From assembly GCA_963700285.1 (NCBI GenBank), contig CAVOXA010000001.1, positions 1,440,001 to 1,504,000 of the forward strand: a stretch of DNA of 64,000 nucleotides, read 5' to 3'. Both the position numbers and the translations under genes were made by a program. Shown piece by piece: positions 31,592 through 39,982 of this stretch. The stretch's first letter is position 1. Every line of letters starts with the position of its first letter. This DNA comes from an uncultured Chloroflexia bacterium (lineage in GTDB: Bacteria; Chloroflexota; Anaerolineae; JAAYZQ01). Below the pieces are notes generated by a model. It searched no databases. It worked only from the letters and a program-made list of their open reading frames with translations, and was not told the DNA's origin.

Positions 31592-32143
31592 CTAGCAGCC
31601 ACAGTATTGCTCAAATGCGGACAGTTCCGGGTTCACGGAGCCTTCGCCCGAGTTTGCCACTGCCGCTGAACTACCTTCCCAGCCGCTGGCGTACTTTGCC
31701 TCAGGGTTCTCGGCATAGAAGTCAGAGCCTGCTGCTGCCGAGCCACCGCTCCAATTGCTTGCGTACTTTAGCTCGGGATTCTGGACCAAAAAGTCCGACG
31801 CCACTGCTGCTGAGCCGCTGAAGGACTTTAGCTCAGGATTCGTTGCCAACTCTGCGGCATTCTGGGCAACTACCACGCTGTTCCCTTGGCCATAAAAGCC
31901 GGCCAGGGCTTCGTACCGGCTGGTACCGGCTGCATAGCTGGCCTCGAGCCTCTGGGCTGTATAGTACTGCCCCAAGGCTGCCAGCCGGGCGGAGCCGGCG
32001 TCAATGCCGTTTGAGGCACCCCCGTTGTCGGCTGATACTGGCAGGATCACCAGCACCAGAAGGAGTGCCGTCGTCAATACGACCAATTGGGTCTTTGCCA
32101 TACGTTTCTGCTTGCCAGATCTGGATGTGAAAAAGCTTGTCAT
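31592..32143 (-). CDS. Secreted protein with NPEL/NPEA repeats, ends YCGC
   Basis: GGAGGAG ribosome-binding site; signal peptide ...LLLVLVILPVSA; four NPE(L/A) repeats. Confidence 0.8.
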   Translation of the reverse strand: MTSFFTSRSGKQKRMAKTQLVVLTTALLLVLVILPVSADNGGASNGIDAGSARLAALGQYYTAQRLEASYAAGTSRYEALAGFYGQGNSVVVAQNAAELATNPELKSFSGSAAVASDFLVQNPELKYASNWSGGSAAAGSDFYAENPEAKYASGWEGSSAAVANSGEGSVNPELSAFEQYCGC

Positions 32144-32206
32144 CTTCTCTCCTCCGTTCTACCTCGTTAGATTGATTTGACTGAATCTGTTCTGAACCAC
32201 GATTGC

Positions 32207-32253
32207 AGTGTAGCACACGGATGTGCACAAACTCACTACAAAACGCGTACAAA
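32207..32253 (-). promoter_or_regulatory. Promoter with three 11-bp-spaced TTTGT boxes
   Basis: Plus-strand ACAAA at 32227, 32238 and 32249; 14 nt to TACACT (32207-32212), TG-extended. Confidence 0.75.
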
Positions 32254-32376
32254 GCAGTGGTGGGCAAAAATACTGCAAGGAAACGCTGCTATCCCCAGGC
32301 AACAGCAGCGCAGAGTCAGAGTGCTGGCGATACCGGTCGCGACCGGCCATGCCTGGCCAGAGATTGGCCAAGAAGA

Positions 32377-32640
32377 TCAGACGCACCGGCCTGCGGAGAA
32401 TAGGTGCGCGTCTTCCCCGCGCAGGATCGACCGCACTAACTCGTAGTGCGCCAACCGTTCGGCTAGCACGACCCGGCGATAGTCCAACTCGCACAACAGC
32501 CAGTTAGCCCGGCGAGCATACCAGCGTGGTTGCGATCGCCTGATCTCCTGGATTATCTTTTGGTATGCGTTCTCACGCATGATATCTTTGACAAGAGCCT
32601 CGTGTTCTGTACGTACGGTTTGAGCATCCCTAGGAATCAT
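32377..32640 (-). CDS. Small protein, paralogue 3 of the CE(L/M)D family
   Basis: LLCELDYRRVVLAERLAHYELVRSILRGE...GRCV; GAGGAG ribosome-binding site. Confidence 0.78.
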   Translation of the reverse strand: MIPRDAQTVRTEHEALVKDIMRENAYQKIIQEIRRSQPRWYARRANWLLCELDYRRVVLAERLAHYELVRSILRGEDAHLFSAGRCV

Positions 32641-32688
32641 GATGAGTCTCCTCTGTATTCTGTCAGTTTCCTGGCACTGCAACCAGTA

Positions 32689-32943
32689 TTAGCTACAGTG
32701 CCCGGAGGAATACTTGCTCGCCTCGTCTGCATGAAGGATGGACTGTACCAAGTCGTAGCGTTCCAACCTTTGGGCGAGCACTACTCGATGATGGTCCAGC
32801 TCGCACAGCAATCGGTCAAGCTGATGCAACAGCCATCGCCGCTGCCCATGCCGCCTGATCACTCGCGTCTGCTTCGGCAGCATGGCCTCCTGGAGGCGCA
32901 GGTGGTAGAGCGATTCTTCCACTTGATAGTCTGGATGTAGCAT
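32689..32943 (-). CDS. Small protein, paralogue 2 of the CE(L/M)D family
   Basis: LLCELDHHRVVLAQRLERYDLVQSILHADE...GHCS; GAGG ribosome-binding site. Confidence 0.78.
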   Translation of the reverse strand: MLHPDYQVEESLYHLRLQEAMLPKQTRVIRRHGQRRWLLHQLDRLLCELDHHRVVLAQRLERYDLVQSILHADEASKYSSGHCS

Positions 32944-33027
32944 TGTCCTCACTCCATTGCCTGTTTCTGCTATCTTGTCTGCGGATGCGATCTCCCTCGC
33001 GAGACAGCAACCTTAGCTCGGAATGAG

Positions 33028-33063
33028 AACCTACCATGAGAGTGCCTACGGATTGCATACAAA
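33028..33063 (-). promoter_or_regulatory. Promoter with 11-bp-spaced repeats (paralogues 2 and 3)
   Basis: Minus strand TTTGTATGCAa-TCCGTAGGCA...; 14 nt from TCCGT to TAGGTT, TG-extended. Confidence 0.6.
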
Positions 33064-33108
33064 GCCGCATGCTGGCGACGCAAATGTGCATTGCCAGCAT
33101 GCGGCTTT
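33061..33108 (-). terminator. Intrinsic terminator after paralogue 1
   Basis: AAAGCCGCATGCTGGC...GCCAGCATGCGGCTTT, a 16-bp inverted repeat. Confidence 0.75.
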
Positions 33109-33136
33109 GGTACTCCTGCCGGATGACGTAATTCGA

Positions 33137-33403
33137 CTACCTACACTGACTCGTGGAGAAAAAGCTCGTTTCGCCAGCGCGCAGGATGGACTGCGCCATG
33201 TCAAATCGTTCCAGCCGCTGGGCGAGGGCCAAGCGCTGATAGTCCATCTCACAGCGCAGTCGATCCGCGTACTTGGAAAGCCGGCTCTCTTGCCTCTGTC
33301 CTTGGCTTGCTGCACGCCTCAATCGATGGGCGTCCAGGTCGCTCACGGTGTCTTGCTCATGCCTGGCCAGGATTGCTTCACCAGCGCCAAAGTCGATATA
33401 CAT
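33137..33403 (-). CDS. Small protein, paralogue 1 of the CE(L/M)D family
   Basis: LRCEMDYQRLALAQRLERFDMAQSILRAGE...SQCR; GGGAGG ribosome-binding site. Confidence 0.78.
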   Translation of the reverse strand: MYIDFGAGEAILARHEQDTVSDLDAHRLRRAASQGQRQESRLSKYADRLRCEMDYQRLALAQRLERFDMAQSILRAGETSFFSTSQCR

Positions 33404-33489
33404 GTTGTGCCTCCCTTCGAAGCGTCAGCCAAAATGCTTGGGTTGCTGTCAAGGGAAATCCGGCAGCCTTCCCCTCACCCTTGCAGCAT

Positions 33490-33568
33490 ATTGTACCGGA
33501 GCAGGGATTACAAAGTGTTTACAATGCAGGCGCTTGAAGGGGGAGTGTTGTATGCAGAGATGCATACA
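33490..33568 (-). promoter_or_regulatory. Promoter with 11-bp-spaced TTGTAA repeats plus an upstream palindrome
   Basis: Minus strand ATTGTAAacacTTTGTAA; 14 nt from TTTGT to TACAAT; TGTATGCA-gaga-TGCATACA at 33549-33568. Confidence 0.7.
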
Positions 33569-33640
33569 GGGAGAAGAGCCAACGGTCATTCTGTGCCCAG
33601 ATTTTGGGCCTGGCTTGACCGCCGGAAGGAGAGACGGGGG

Positions 33641-36600
33641 TCAAACGTCCAGTTTTTTCAGCACCTGGCTGGCCAATCGCTGGTCGTACGCGGCCCCCGT
33701 TGCCTGAGCCAACGCCAGTGCTTGGTGGGCGTAGGAGACAGCCTCGGCACGGTCGCCGGCGATGTCGTAGGCTTGGGCCAATCCTGACAACAGCCAGCTC
33801 TGCTCCGTGCAGGAGCCGATCTCCTGAGCCAGCGCCAAGCCCGCTTGCAGGTGTTGTATTGCCTCCGACGGGTGCTCCAGGCGTACGTTCAACCAACCCA
33901 GGTGCGTGTGGCACAGGATCTCCTGGGTGCGGTCCGCCGCCCCGCGGGCTATGGAGAGACTCTCTTCCAGAGATATCCGCGCCAGTGCCACGTCACCCAT
34001 GGCCCCGGCCGCAGCACCCATATCCCCAAGGGGCAGGCGCCGCTCCAGGTGCAGGCCGGCGGCCTCGCACCGCTCCAGAGCTTGTTGGGCCAGGTCCATT
34101 GCTTGCCTGCAATCATTTTCGTACCAGGAGAGGGTGGCCAGATTGCCCAGGGTATGAATCTCGTGGACGGTCTCGCCCAGCTCGATAAACTGTCCCAGCG
34201 CTTGCTCTAGATCTTCCCTGGCCAGGTCATAGTCGCCCAGGGCCCGCGCTGCGAGGCCGGACTCGCGCCGGCACATCGCCTCCAGCAGGCGATCCTCTGC
34301 TTCCAGGCTCAGCCGAATGCCGTCCACAGCGCTGGTCCGAGCGTCGGAGAAGCGGCAGAACCAACGGTGGCCGTAGGCTTCCCGCCACCGAAGGTGGGCC
34401 ATGGTCTGTGAGTCGCCCAGAGACGCGGCCAGACGAGCCACCGCTTCCGCATCTTGGGCGTAGGCCTCCATGTCGCCGAGCAGGCGCAGTGCCCAGCCTC
34501 GCTCGTACAGTGCTTCGACCCGGAGTCGCTGGTTGGCGGTCACAGCCTCCGGCCCTTCGAGGTCAACGGCTTCCCACTCCAACAGTTCCAGCGCCTTGTC
34601 AAAGTAGGCGCGCGCTTCGATGTGGGCAAAGACCTGCTTGGCTGTCCGGCCAGCCTGCAGAGCATAGGGTGCCGCTCGACCGGGCTGACCTGCACGCTCG
34701 AAATGTCGGGCCAGTGCCCCTGCATTGGCAGGGTCCAGCCGCTCCAGCGCTTCTCCTGCCCGCCGGTGCAATACTTCTCTGCGCTGGCGACTCAACTGCT
34801 GGTATACAGCCGTCCGGATCATCTCGTGGCGGAACCAATACCCGGTGGCCCCCTCCTCCACCAGGTTCCGTGCCACCACTTCATCAAGGCTGTCCACAGT
34901 CTCCATCTCACCTCTCCCGGACGTTTGACGTGCCAGCGCGAAACTGAAAGACCTGCCCAGGACTGCGCCAGATTCCAGTACCTGCCGAGCTCTGGGGCTG
35001 AGGCGCGCCACCCGTTCCTTGACGGCATCTAGGACGCTGTCGGGAAGGCATAGGGAATCAGCATCCACTAGCTCCTCTGGCTTGCATCCGGCCTCCATGA
35101 GCGACCGTACTGTCTCCAGGAGGAAGAAGGGATTGCCACCGGTGGCCTGTACGAGGCTGCGGACCAGATTCTGGTCACAAGGCAGAATGGCTTCAAGGGG
35201 CTTGAGCAGCTTCTGGATCTCGGCTTCGTTGAGCCCTGTGAGTGGCAGTTCAGTCAGCATGCCCTCTCGGGCCAAGCCCTGGCGCAGATTGAGGACGGTA
35301 TCAGCTTCTTCGCTGCGATAGGTTCCCAGGATCAGCAGCCTGGGGCGGGCTGCATGGGCCAGTTGCCTGCCCACGTAGACCAGCCAATCCAAGGTTGTTC
35401 CGCCAGCCCAGTGGAGGTCATCCAAGCAAAGGAGGACTGGTTGCGGGCCAGCTGCCAGGGCCAACAGGATCTGGTACAGCGCCTCAAATAGCGTAGCCTG
35501 TTCCGAACTGGCCATCGCTGTGGGCGGCATTTCAGGGTGCATGTGGCGCAGTTCAGGTATCAAGCGGCACACCTCGGCGTGACACCAGTCGGCAACCTCC
35601 AACCGATCATGGCGGGTCAGGAGCGCAGGCCGCAATGCCTCTGCCAGTGGCTGATAGGGACTCGATTGCGTGTCTGGATAGGCTGCGCCTACCAGTACCA
35701 GTGCCTCCTCACCCAGGCCCGCAGCAAATTCCTGCATCAACCGCGACTTGCCGATGCCGGGCTCGCCCGAGATGAGGAGAATTCCTCCCTGGCTCTCTCG
35801 GGTGAGGGCAAAAGCATCCTCCATCTGCCGAAGCGACTCGCCTCTCCCGACCAGCTCCACGTCGAGTCCTGGATGCGTGGTCCAGGTCACTTCTACAATG
35901 GGCTTGTGCTCCGCGTCGGGCCAGGGGGCCAGCCTGGGCTGAGGTGCTGGCGCCGCCTCCCCAAGCGGCCCATAGCTTGCCAGAGCAGCCTGGTAAGCCG
36001 CATGGGTCTCTGGAAGTGGCTCTACGCCCAGTTCGTTCTCCAAGATCGTGATGCAGTGGTTATACTGGCGTAGTGCCCCGCTGCGGTCTCCCACGGCCAC
36101 GTATAGTTCGATCACCCGACGATGAATGTCCTCGGCCAGATCGTCGGTTTCCAGATACTTTTGGGCGTAGGCAAGGGCTGAGTCATAGTTGCCTTCAGCA
36201 ATTCCATAGTCGATTAAAGCCGTGAGGGCTTCCAGGTAGACCCGCTCGCAGCTCTCACGTTCCACTGTCATCCAGCTCTCATACTCTGGACCATCAGGCA
36301 TTGAGAACCCGTGGAGGAACGGTCCCCGGTAGTGAGCTACGGCTTGCTGGAGTGCCGCCTGGGGCGCCGCCGAGGGTTGGCTGGCGCACAGACGCTCAAA
36401 GGCTACAAGATCTGACCATGACTGCCGGGGATCCAGTCCGATGTGATCCTCCTGCACGACCAGGACCTCCGGATCGGGCAGATCTCGCCGAAGGTGAGCG
36501 AGCAGGCCAGAAAGCTTGCGACGGGCGGTAAGCTCGGGAACGTCAGGCCAAAATAGAAAAGCCAGGTACTCACGGGGGATGGTGTCTCTCGAAGCTGCTA

Positions 36601-36730
36601 GCCGGAATAGCAGGGCGCGTACCTGGCGGCGCGAGATGGACAGGCGCCGACCTGCCCATTTCGTCGCGGGTGCTCCCAGCAAATAGACCTGCAGAATGGC
36701 TTTGGTATCTACAGTGGGCTTATCGATCAT
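33641..36730 (-). CDS. BTAD/SARP-family transcriptional regulator with AAA/STAND ATPase and TPR domains
   Basis: LQVYLLGAP, REYLAFLFWPD, YRGPFLHG, EDIHRRVIELY, ELGVEPLPET (BTAD); GEPGIGKS; LDDLHWA; GGNPFFLLE; FRHEMIR; TPR C-terminus. Confidence 0.93.
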   Translation of the reverse strand: MIDKPTVDTKAILQVYLLGAPATKWAGRRLSISRRQVRALLFRLAASRDTIPREYLAFLFWPDVPELTARRKLSGLLAHLRRDLPDPEVLVVQEDHIGLDPRQSWSDLVAFERLCASQPSAAPQAALQQAVAHYRGPFLHGFSMPDGPEYESWMTVERESCERVYLEALTALIDYGIAEGNYDSALAYAQKYLETDDLAEDIHRRVIELYVAVGDRSGALRQYNHCITILENELGVEPLPETHAAYQAALASYGPLGEAAPAPQPRLAPWPDAEHKPIVEVTWTTHPGLDVELVGRGESLRQMEDAFALTRESQGGILLISGEPGIGKSRLMQEFAAGLGEEALVLVGAAYPDTQSSPYQPLAEALRPALLTRHDRLEVADWCHAEVCRLIPELRHMHPEMPPTAMASSEQATLFEALYQILLALAAGPQPVLLCLDDLHWAGGTTLDWLVYVGRQLAHAARPRLLILGTYRSEEADTVLNLRQGLAREGMLTELPLTGLNEAEIQKLLKPLEAILPCDQNLVRSLVQATGGNPFFLLETVRSLMEAGCKPEELVDADSLCLPDSVLDAVKERVARLSPRARQVLESGAVLGRSFSFALARQTSGRGEMETVDSLDEVVARNLVEEGATGYWFRHEMIRTAVYQQLSRQRREVLHRRAGEALERLDPANAGALARHFERAGQPGRAAPYALQAGRTAKQVFAHIEARAYFDKALELLEWEAVDLEGPEAVTANQRLRVEALYERGWALRLLGDMEAYAQDAEAVARLAASLGDSQTMAHLRWREAYGHRWFCRFSDARTSAVDGIRLSLEAEDRLLEAMCRRESGLAARALGDYDLAREDLEQALGQFIELGETVHEIHTLGNLATLSWYENDCRQAMDLAQQALERCEAAGLHLERRLPLGDMGAAAGAMGDVALARISLEESLSIARGAADRTQEILCHTHLGWLNVRLEHPSEAIQHLQAGLALAQEIGSCTEQSWLLSGLAQAYDIAGDRAEAVSYAHQALALAQATGAAYDQRLASQVLKKLDV

Positions 36731-36850
36731 GGCCTATCCTCATAGGCATCTGGTGCCTTGGAGCTTCATCTACTTTGTCTGGACCTAGTGCAGACGGCGT
36801 CCGCGCGCTGCTCCAAGAGCGTTCCGCCGGGAAAGATCCTCAATGCGACC

Positions 36851-37765
36851 CTATTGCCCTCGCTGATCGCGAGGGAGTCTGAGCTTGGCGTCGATAAAGA
36901 CCTCGTGGGGAAGCTTGAGGGCGTTGGCGACACTCCGGATCTCTTCGATCTCCTCGTAGCATGCCTGACCATCGGCAGCGGCTACGGCGAAAAGAACGTC
37001 GAGAAAGCCAGCGCGTTCCTCGTAGGTACACGCATCCGCAAACTCGCGTGCGAGGCGGTAGCGGTCCAGGTGAGACGCGGTTTCATCGACCGCCACATCT
37101 GCCACAAAGCTAGCCTGTTCGCGGGTCAGGTACCAGTGCGTTTCGAGAGCGTCGACCATTACCTCTACTTCAGGGTCTGTGACTTGAGGGTTTGCGCGGG
37201 CGACCTGGGCCATCACGCCACCTGCCAGACTCAGGGTTCGCAGCGTTTCCTCACCCAGGTCCAGTTCTGCCTCACCCTCATCCAAGCGGCGGCGAACGCC
37301 ATAGTAGACCCGGTTCTTTACATAGTCCTCGAAATAGTCCTCCCGATTTGGGGCATCTGCCAGCGCCGTAGAGCGCCGGCCAGTCATGCCCTTGGTCAGG
37401 CGCGAGAACAGGCCAAAATCGACCGACTCGATAGCGGCCTCTATCTCTGCGACGACCGCCTGTTCGTCCCCGGTGACCTCACCATCGGCCATCACCATCT
37501 CTTCCAGGGCTCTGAGGGTCAGAGCACGGTCTCCTGGCTTCTGAATCGCGCTGCGCAAATCCTCAACCAGACGCTCGCGTTCAGCGTCACCGACGGGGGT
37601 CTCGATGTACATTTCCAGTCGAGCCCACTGGAGGGCAGTGAGTTGGGGCATTCGGTAGAGGAGGTCTTTCATACTATTGATCTCCTCATTCGTTAGCTCT
37701 CCATCGGCCCAGGCTGCAGCGATAAGCACCTTGGCCAGTTTCACGATCAACTGTTCTTCCGACAT
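36851..37765 (-). CDS. Tandem TerB-family (tellurite resistance-like) domain protein
   Basis: AAAWADGELTNEE, MVMADGEVTGDE, VAAADGQACYEE. Confidence 0.85.
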   Translation of the reverse strand: MSEEQLIVKLAKVLIAAAWADGELTNEEINSMKDLLYRMPQLTALQWARLEMYIETPVGDAERERLVEDLRSAIQKPGDRALTLRALEEMVMADGEVTGDEQAVVAEIEAAIESVDFGLFSRLTKGMTGRRSTALADAPNREDYFEDYVKNRVYYGVRRRLDEGEAELDLGEETLRTLSLAGGVMAQVARANPQVTDPEVEVMVDALETHWYLTREQASFVADVAVDETASHLDRYRLAREFADACTYEERAGFLDVLFAVAAADGQACYEEIEEIRSVANALKLPHEVFIDAKLRLPRDQRGQ

Positions 37766-37838
37766 ACGAATCGGTCTCCTCGGGTAAGGTGTTCACCCGG
37801 CGGCTGGGTCCGGCGGACCTGACGCGGGCTACCAGGCT

Positions 37839-38501
37839 CTACTCCTCTGAGTCCAGGAGGCAGTAGCCGACCCCGCGCACCGTGCGCAGCAGGGTGGGTT
37901 TCCTGGGTTCATTTTCGATCTTTTGGCGCAGCCAGCAGATGTGGACGCTGAGCGTGCGGGTATCCCCCACATAGTCGGTTTCCCACACCTGCTTCATGAT
38001 CTCCTGGCGGCTGACCACTCTACCTGCATTGCCCATGAGCAGGGCCAGCACACTTGCTTCCCTGGGCCGGAGCTGCCAGCTCTGTCCACCCCTGTGTAAC
38101 ACGCGACTATCCAGATCCAACACCAGGGAACCAACCTGGATCTGTCGGAAGGTGATATGCTCAGCGGCGACTCTGATCCGGTGCAGCAGCTTGCGTGAGG
38201 TGAAGGGACGAGTCATGAATGCCTCTGCGCCGCTGCCTGCGGCCTGATGTCCTTCCTCCAGGAGCAATACTGTCGGCACGCCCGCCAGGCGGCTACGGAC
38301 AATATCACTCACTGCGTACCCCCTCGGGCCAAAGGAGGCGACGTCAATCACCAGCAGGTTGGGGCGTAAGGACCGGATCTGGCCCATGGCTTGGCGTTGG
38401 TTGTGGGCCACTCCCACCTGATAGCCCTTCCGCTGGAGGCTGGGGACCAAAGAGTCAGCGGCCGAAATGTCGTTTTCGACAAATAGGATTCTTAGCCTCA
38501 C
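37839..38501 (-). CDS. OmpR/PhoB-family response regulator (no adjacent kinase)
   Basis: ILFVEND, PNLLVID, MTRPF, VWETDYVGDTRTLSVHICWLRQKIE, LRTVRGVGY; GTG start is inferred. Confidence 0.88.
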   Translation of the reverse strand: MRLRILFVENDISAADSLVPSLQRKGYQVGVAHNQRQAMGQIRSLRPNLLVIDVASFGPRGYAVSDIVRSRLAGVPTVLLLEEGHQAAGSGAEAFMTRPFTSRKLLHRIRVAAEHITFRQIQVGSLVLDLDSRVLHRGGQSWQLRPREASVLALLMGNAGRVVSRQEIMKQVWETDYVGDTRTLSVHICWLRQKIENEPRKPTLLRTVRGVGYCLLDSEE

Positions 38502-38749
38502 AGGTTCGCAACCTTGGGAACTGTTACGGCCCGGCAGGGACTTGCCCTGGCTCATCAGACTACTTGGCTCCTCGTAAGGGGTTGATACCATTATACCACA
38601 AAAGCCCGGAGCCTGCATCTGTCGAGGGCATGGTGTCTTGCCCGTACTAATGAGCATCCTAGCTGTACCCTCGTAGAGGAAGCCGCAGAGGCACCCGGTC
38701 CGGTGATTCTTGCCCTCGATGGAAAGGGGCCCCAGCCTTACTCGCTGCC

Positions 38750-38778
38750 ATGGTACACGAATTTTATGAAATTGTCAA
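38750..38778 (-). promoter_or_regulatory. Sigma70-type promoter upstream of the response regulator
   Basis: Minus strand TTGACA-17 nt-TACCAT; a second TG-g-TATAAT lies at 38590-38598. Confidence 0.65.
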
Positions 38779-38907
38779 ACCTATATCATGTAAAATCCAG
38801 GAAGACCGGGAGGCCCTGATAACCTGTACAGGCTGCCAGTGAAAACTGCCGGGTGCCTGCCCGGTCTACCAGGTCCGCTGCCGCGCCCTGTGCTCTCGGC
38901 CAGGGGA

Positions 38908-39982
38908 TCAGTCCTGGGGTATGATTTGTCCTTCCGGGGAAACGCCTCGGACTCTGTCGACGCCAGCATACGCGATGGCCGCAAACGTGGCCTCCAGTTT
39001 TTGGCCAGGCCCCAGCACGTGGGCTGAGCCATCCTGGACAGCCTGAGCCACCGTGGGTTGCACGGTGCTAAAGGGCTCCAGGGCTATGTTGTAGGTCCGC
39101 CCGTACCAGGGGGCAGTGTAGGCGCCGCCATAGACCTGCCAGAACCAAAGTGCTGGAAAGACTTCCAGTGGCCAAGCCATGGCGAAACCGACCTGGCGTC
39201 GGGTGTTGGTCACAGCATACCAGCCCTCCTGCAACTGGTCCAGGAACAGGGTATCCGAGGTATCCGCTTCCGCGGAGGCTACGTCGCGCAGGTCAATGAC
39301 GCCCCCATCTCGTCCGGGGATCATGGGCCAGTCGTGGATGCCGGCCGCAAATCGGGTGTTTGACGTCAGGCTGGTGCAATGGACCCGCGCGCCTGGAAGG
39401 TCGATCCTGCAGGTCTCATCAACAAAAGGGGCGCCCAGGGCCGGGTGCTGGCCCCACATCAGATTCTATGGGAACCCGGCCTTCATTGACAATCAGCTCT
39501 TCAATCTTGAGCACTGCCCGGTCTCGTTCTAGCGACAGCGTCTTCTCTACGTAGAGGGGAGTACGGTAAGTGCGTACCCAGAGCTGGATCGCCACGCAAT
39601 CGGGAGTGTCTTTGACGATGCGGTACTCCCAGGGGATGGTTGGTGTCTCGCCATGGGCGCCAAAGGGCAACCCTTGGTACTCCCCGGGGTTGCCGCCCGA
39701 GGGCAGGCAGTCCTGCCAGCCCCCCTCGTAGTAGTCCAGGAAGGCGCTGGCCCGATGGTGGTCGGTGGCCACAAACCGCGCCGGGTCGCGCACGCCCCAT
39801 GGCGATCGCCACAGAAAGTCTACGTCTAGCGGCTTGTACAGGAACTCAAAGATATCGCTGCCCTTGTCCGCCAGAACGCTAATGCGCAGTAGTTCGTTTT
39901 CCAACGCGATGGTGCGCAAGCCCTTGTATACGTACTCGGTCAGGCGGCAGCCGTAGTTCCGTTCGTGCGTGTAATAGATCAA
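38908..39982 (-). CDS. Aldose 1-epimerase-like/DUF4432 galactose mutarotase-fold protein (frameshift near 39460)
   Basis: LENELLRISVLADKGSDI, YEGGWQDCLP, HGE, MWGQHP, LWFWQVYGG, ALEPFS. Confidence 0.82.

Noticed and set aside
31620-31860. About 72-nt DNA repeats as a CRISPR array
   Set aside because: They are degenerate, in-frame coding repeats without unique spacers, and there are no cas genes.
36758-37696. 312-aa plus-strand ORF, and similar long antisense ORFs (50396-51382, 7465-8319, 33023-33787)
   Set aside because: They are shadows of well-supported minus-strand genes in GC-rich DNA and have no recognisable motifs.
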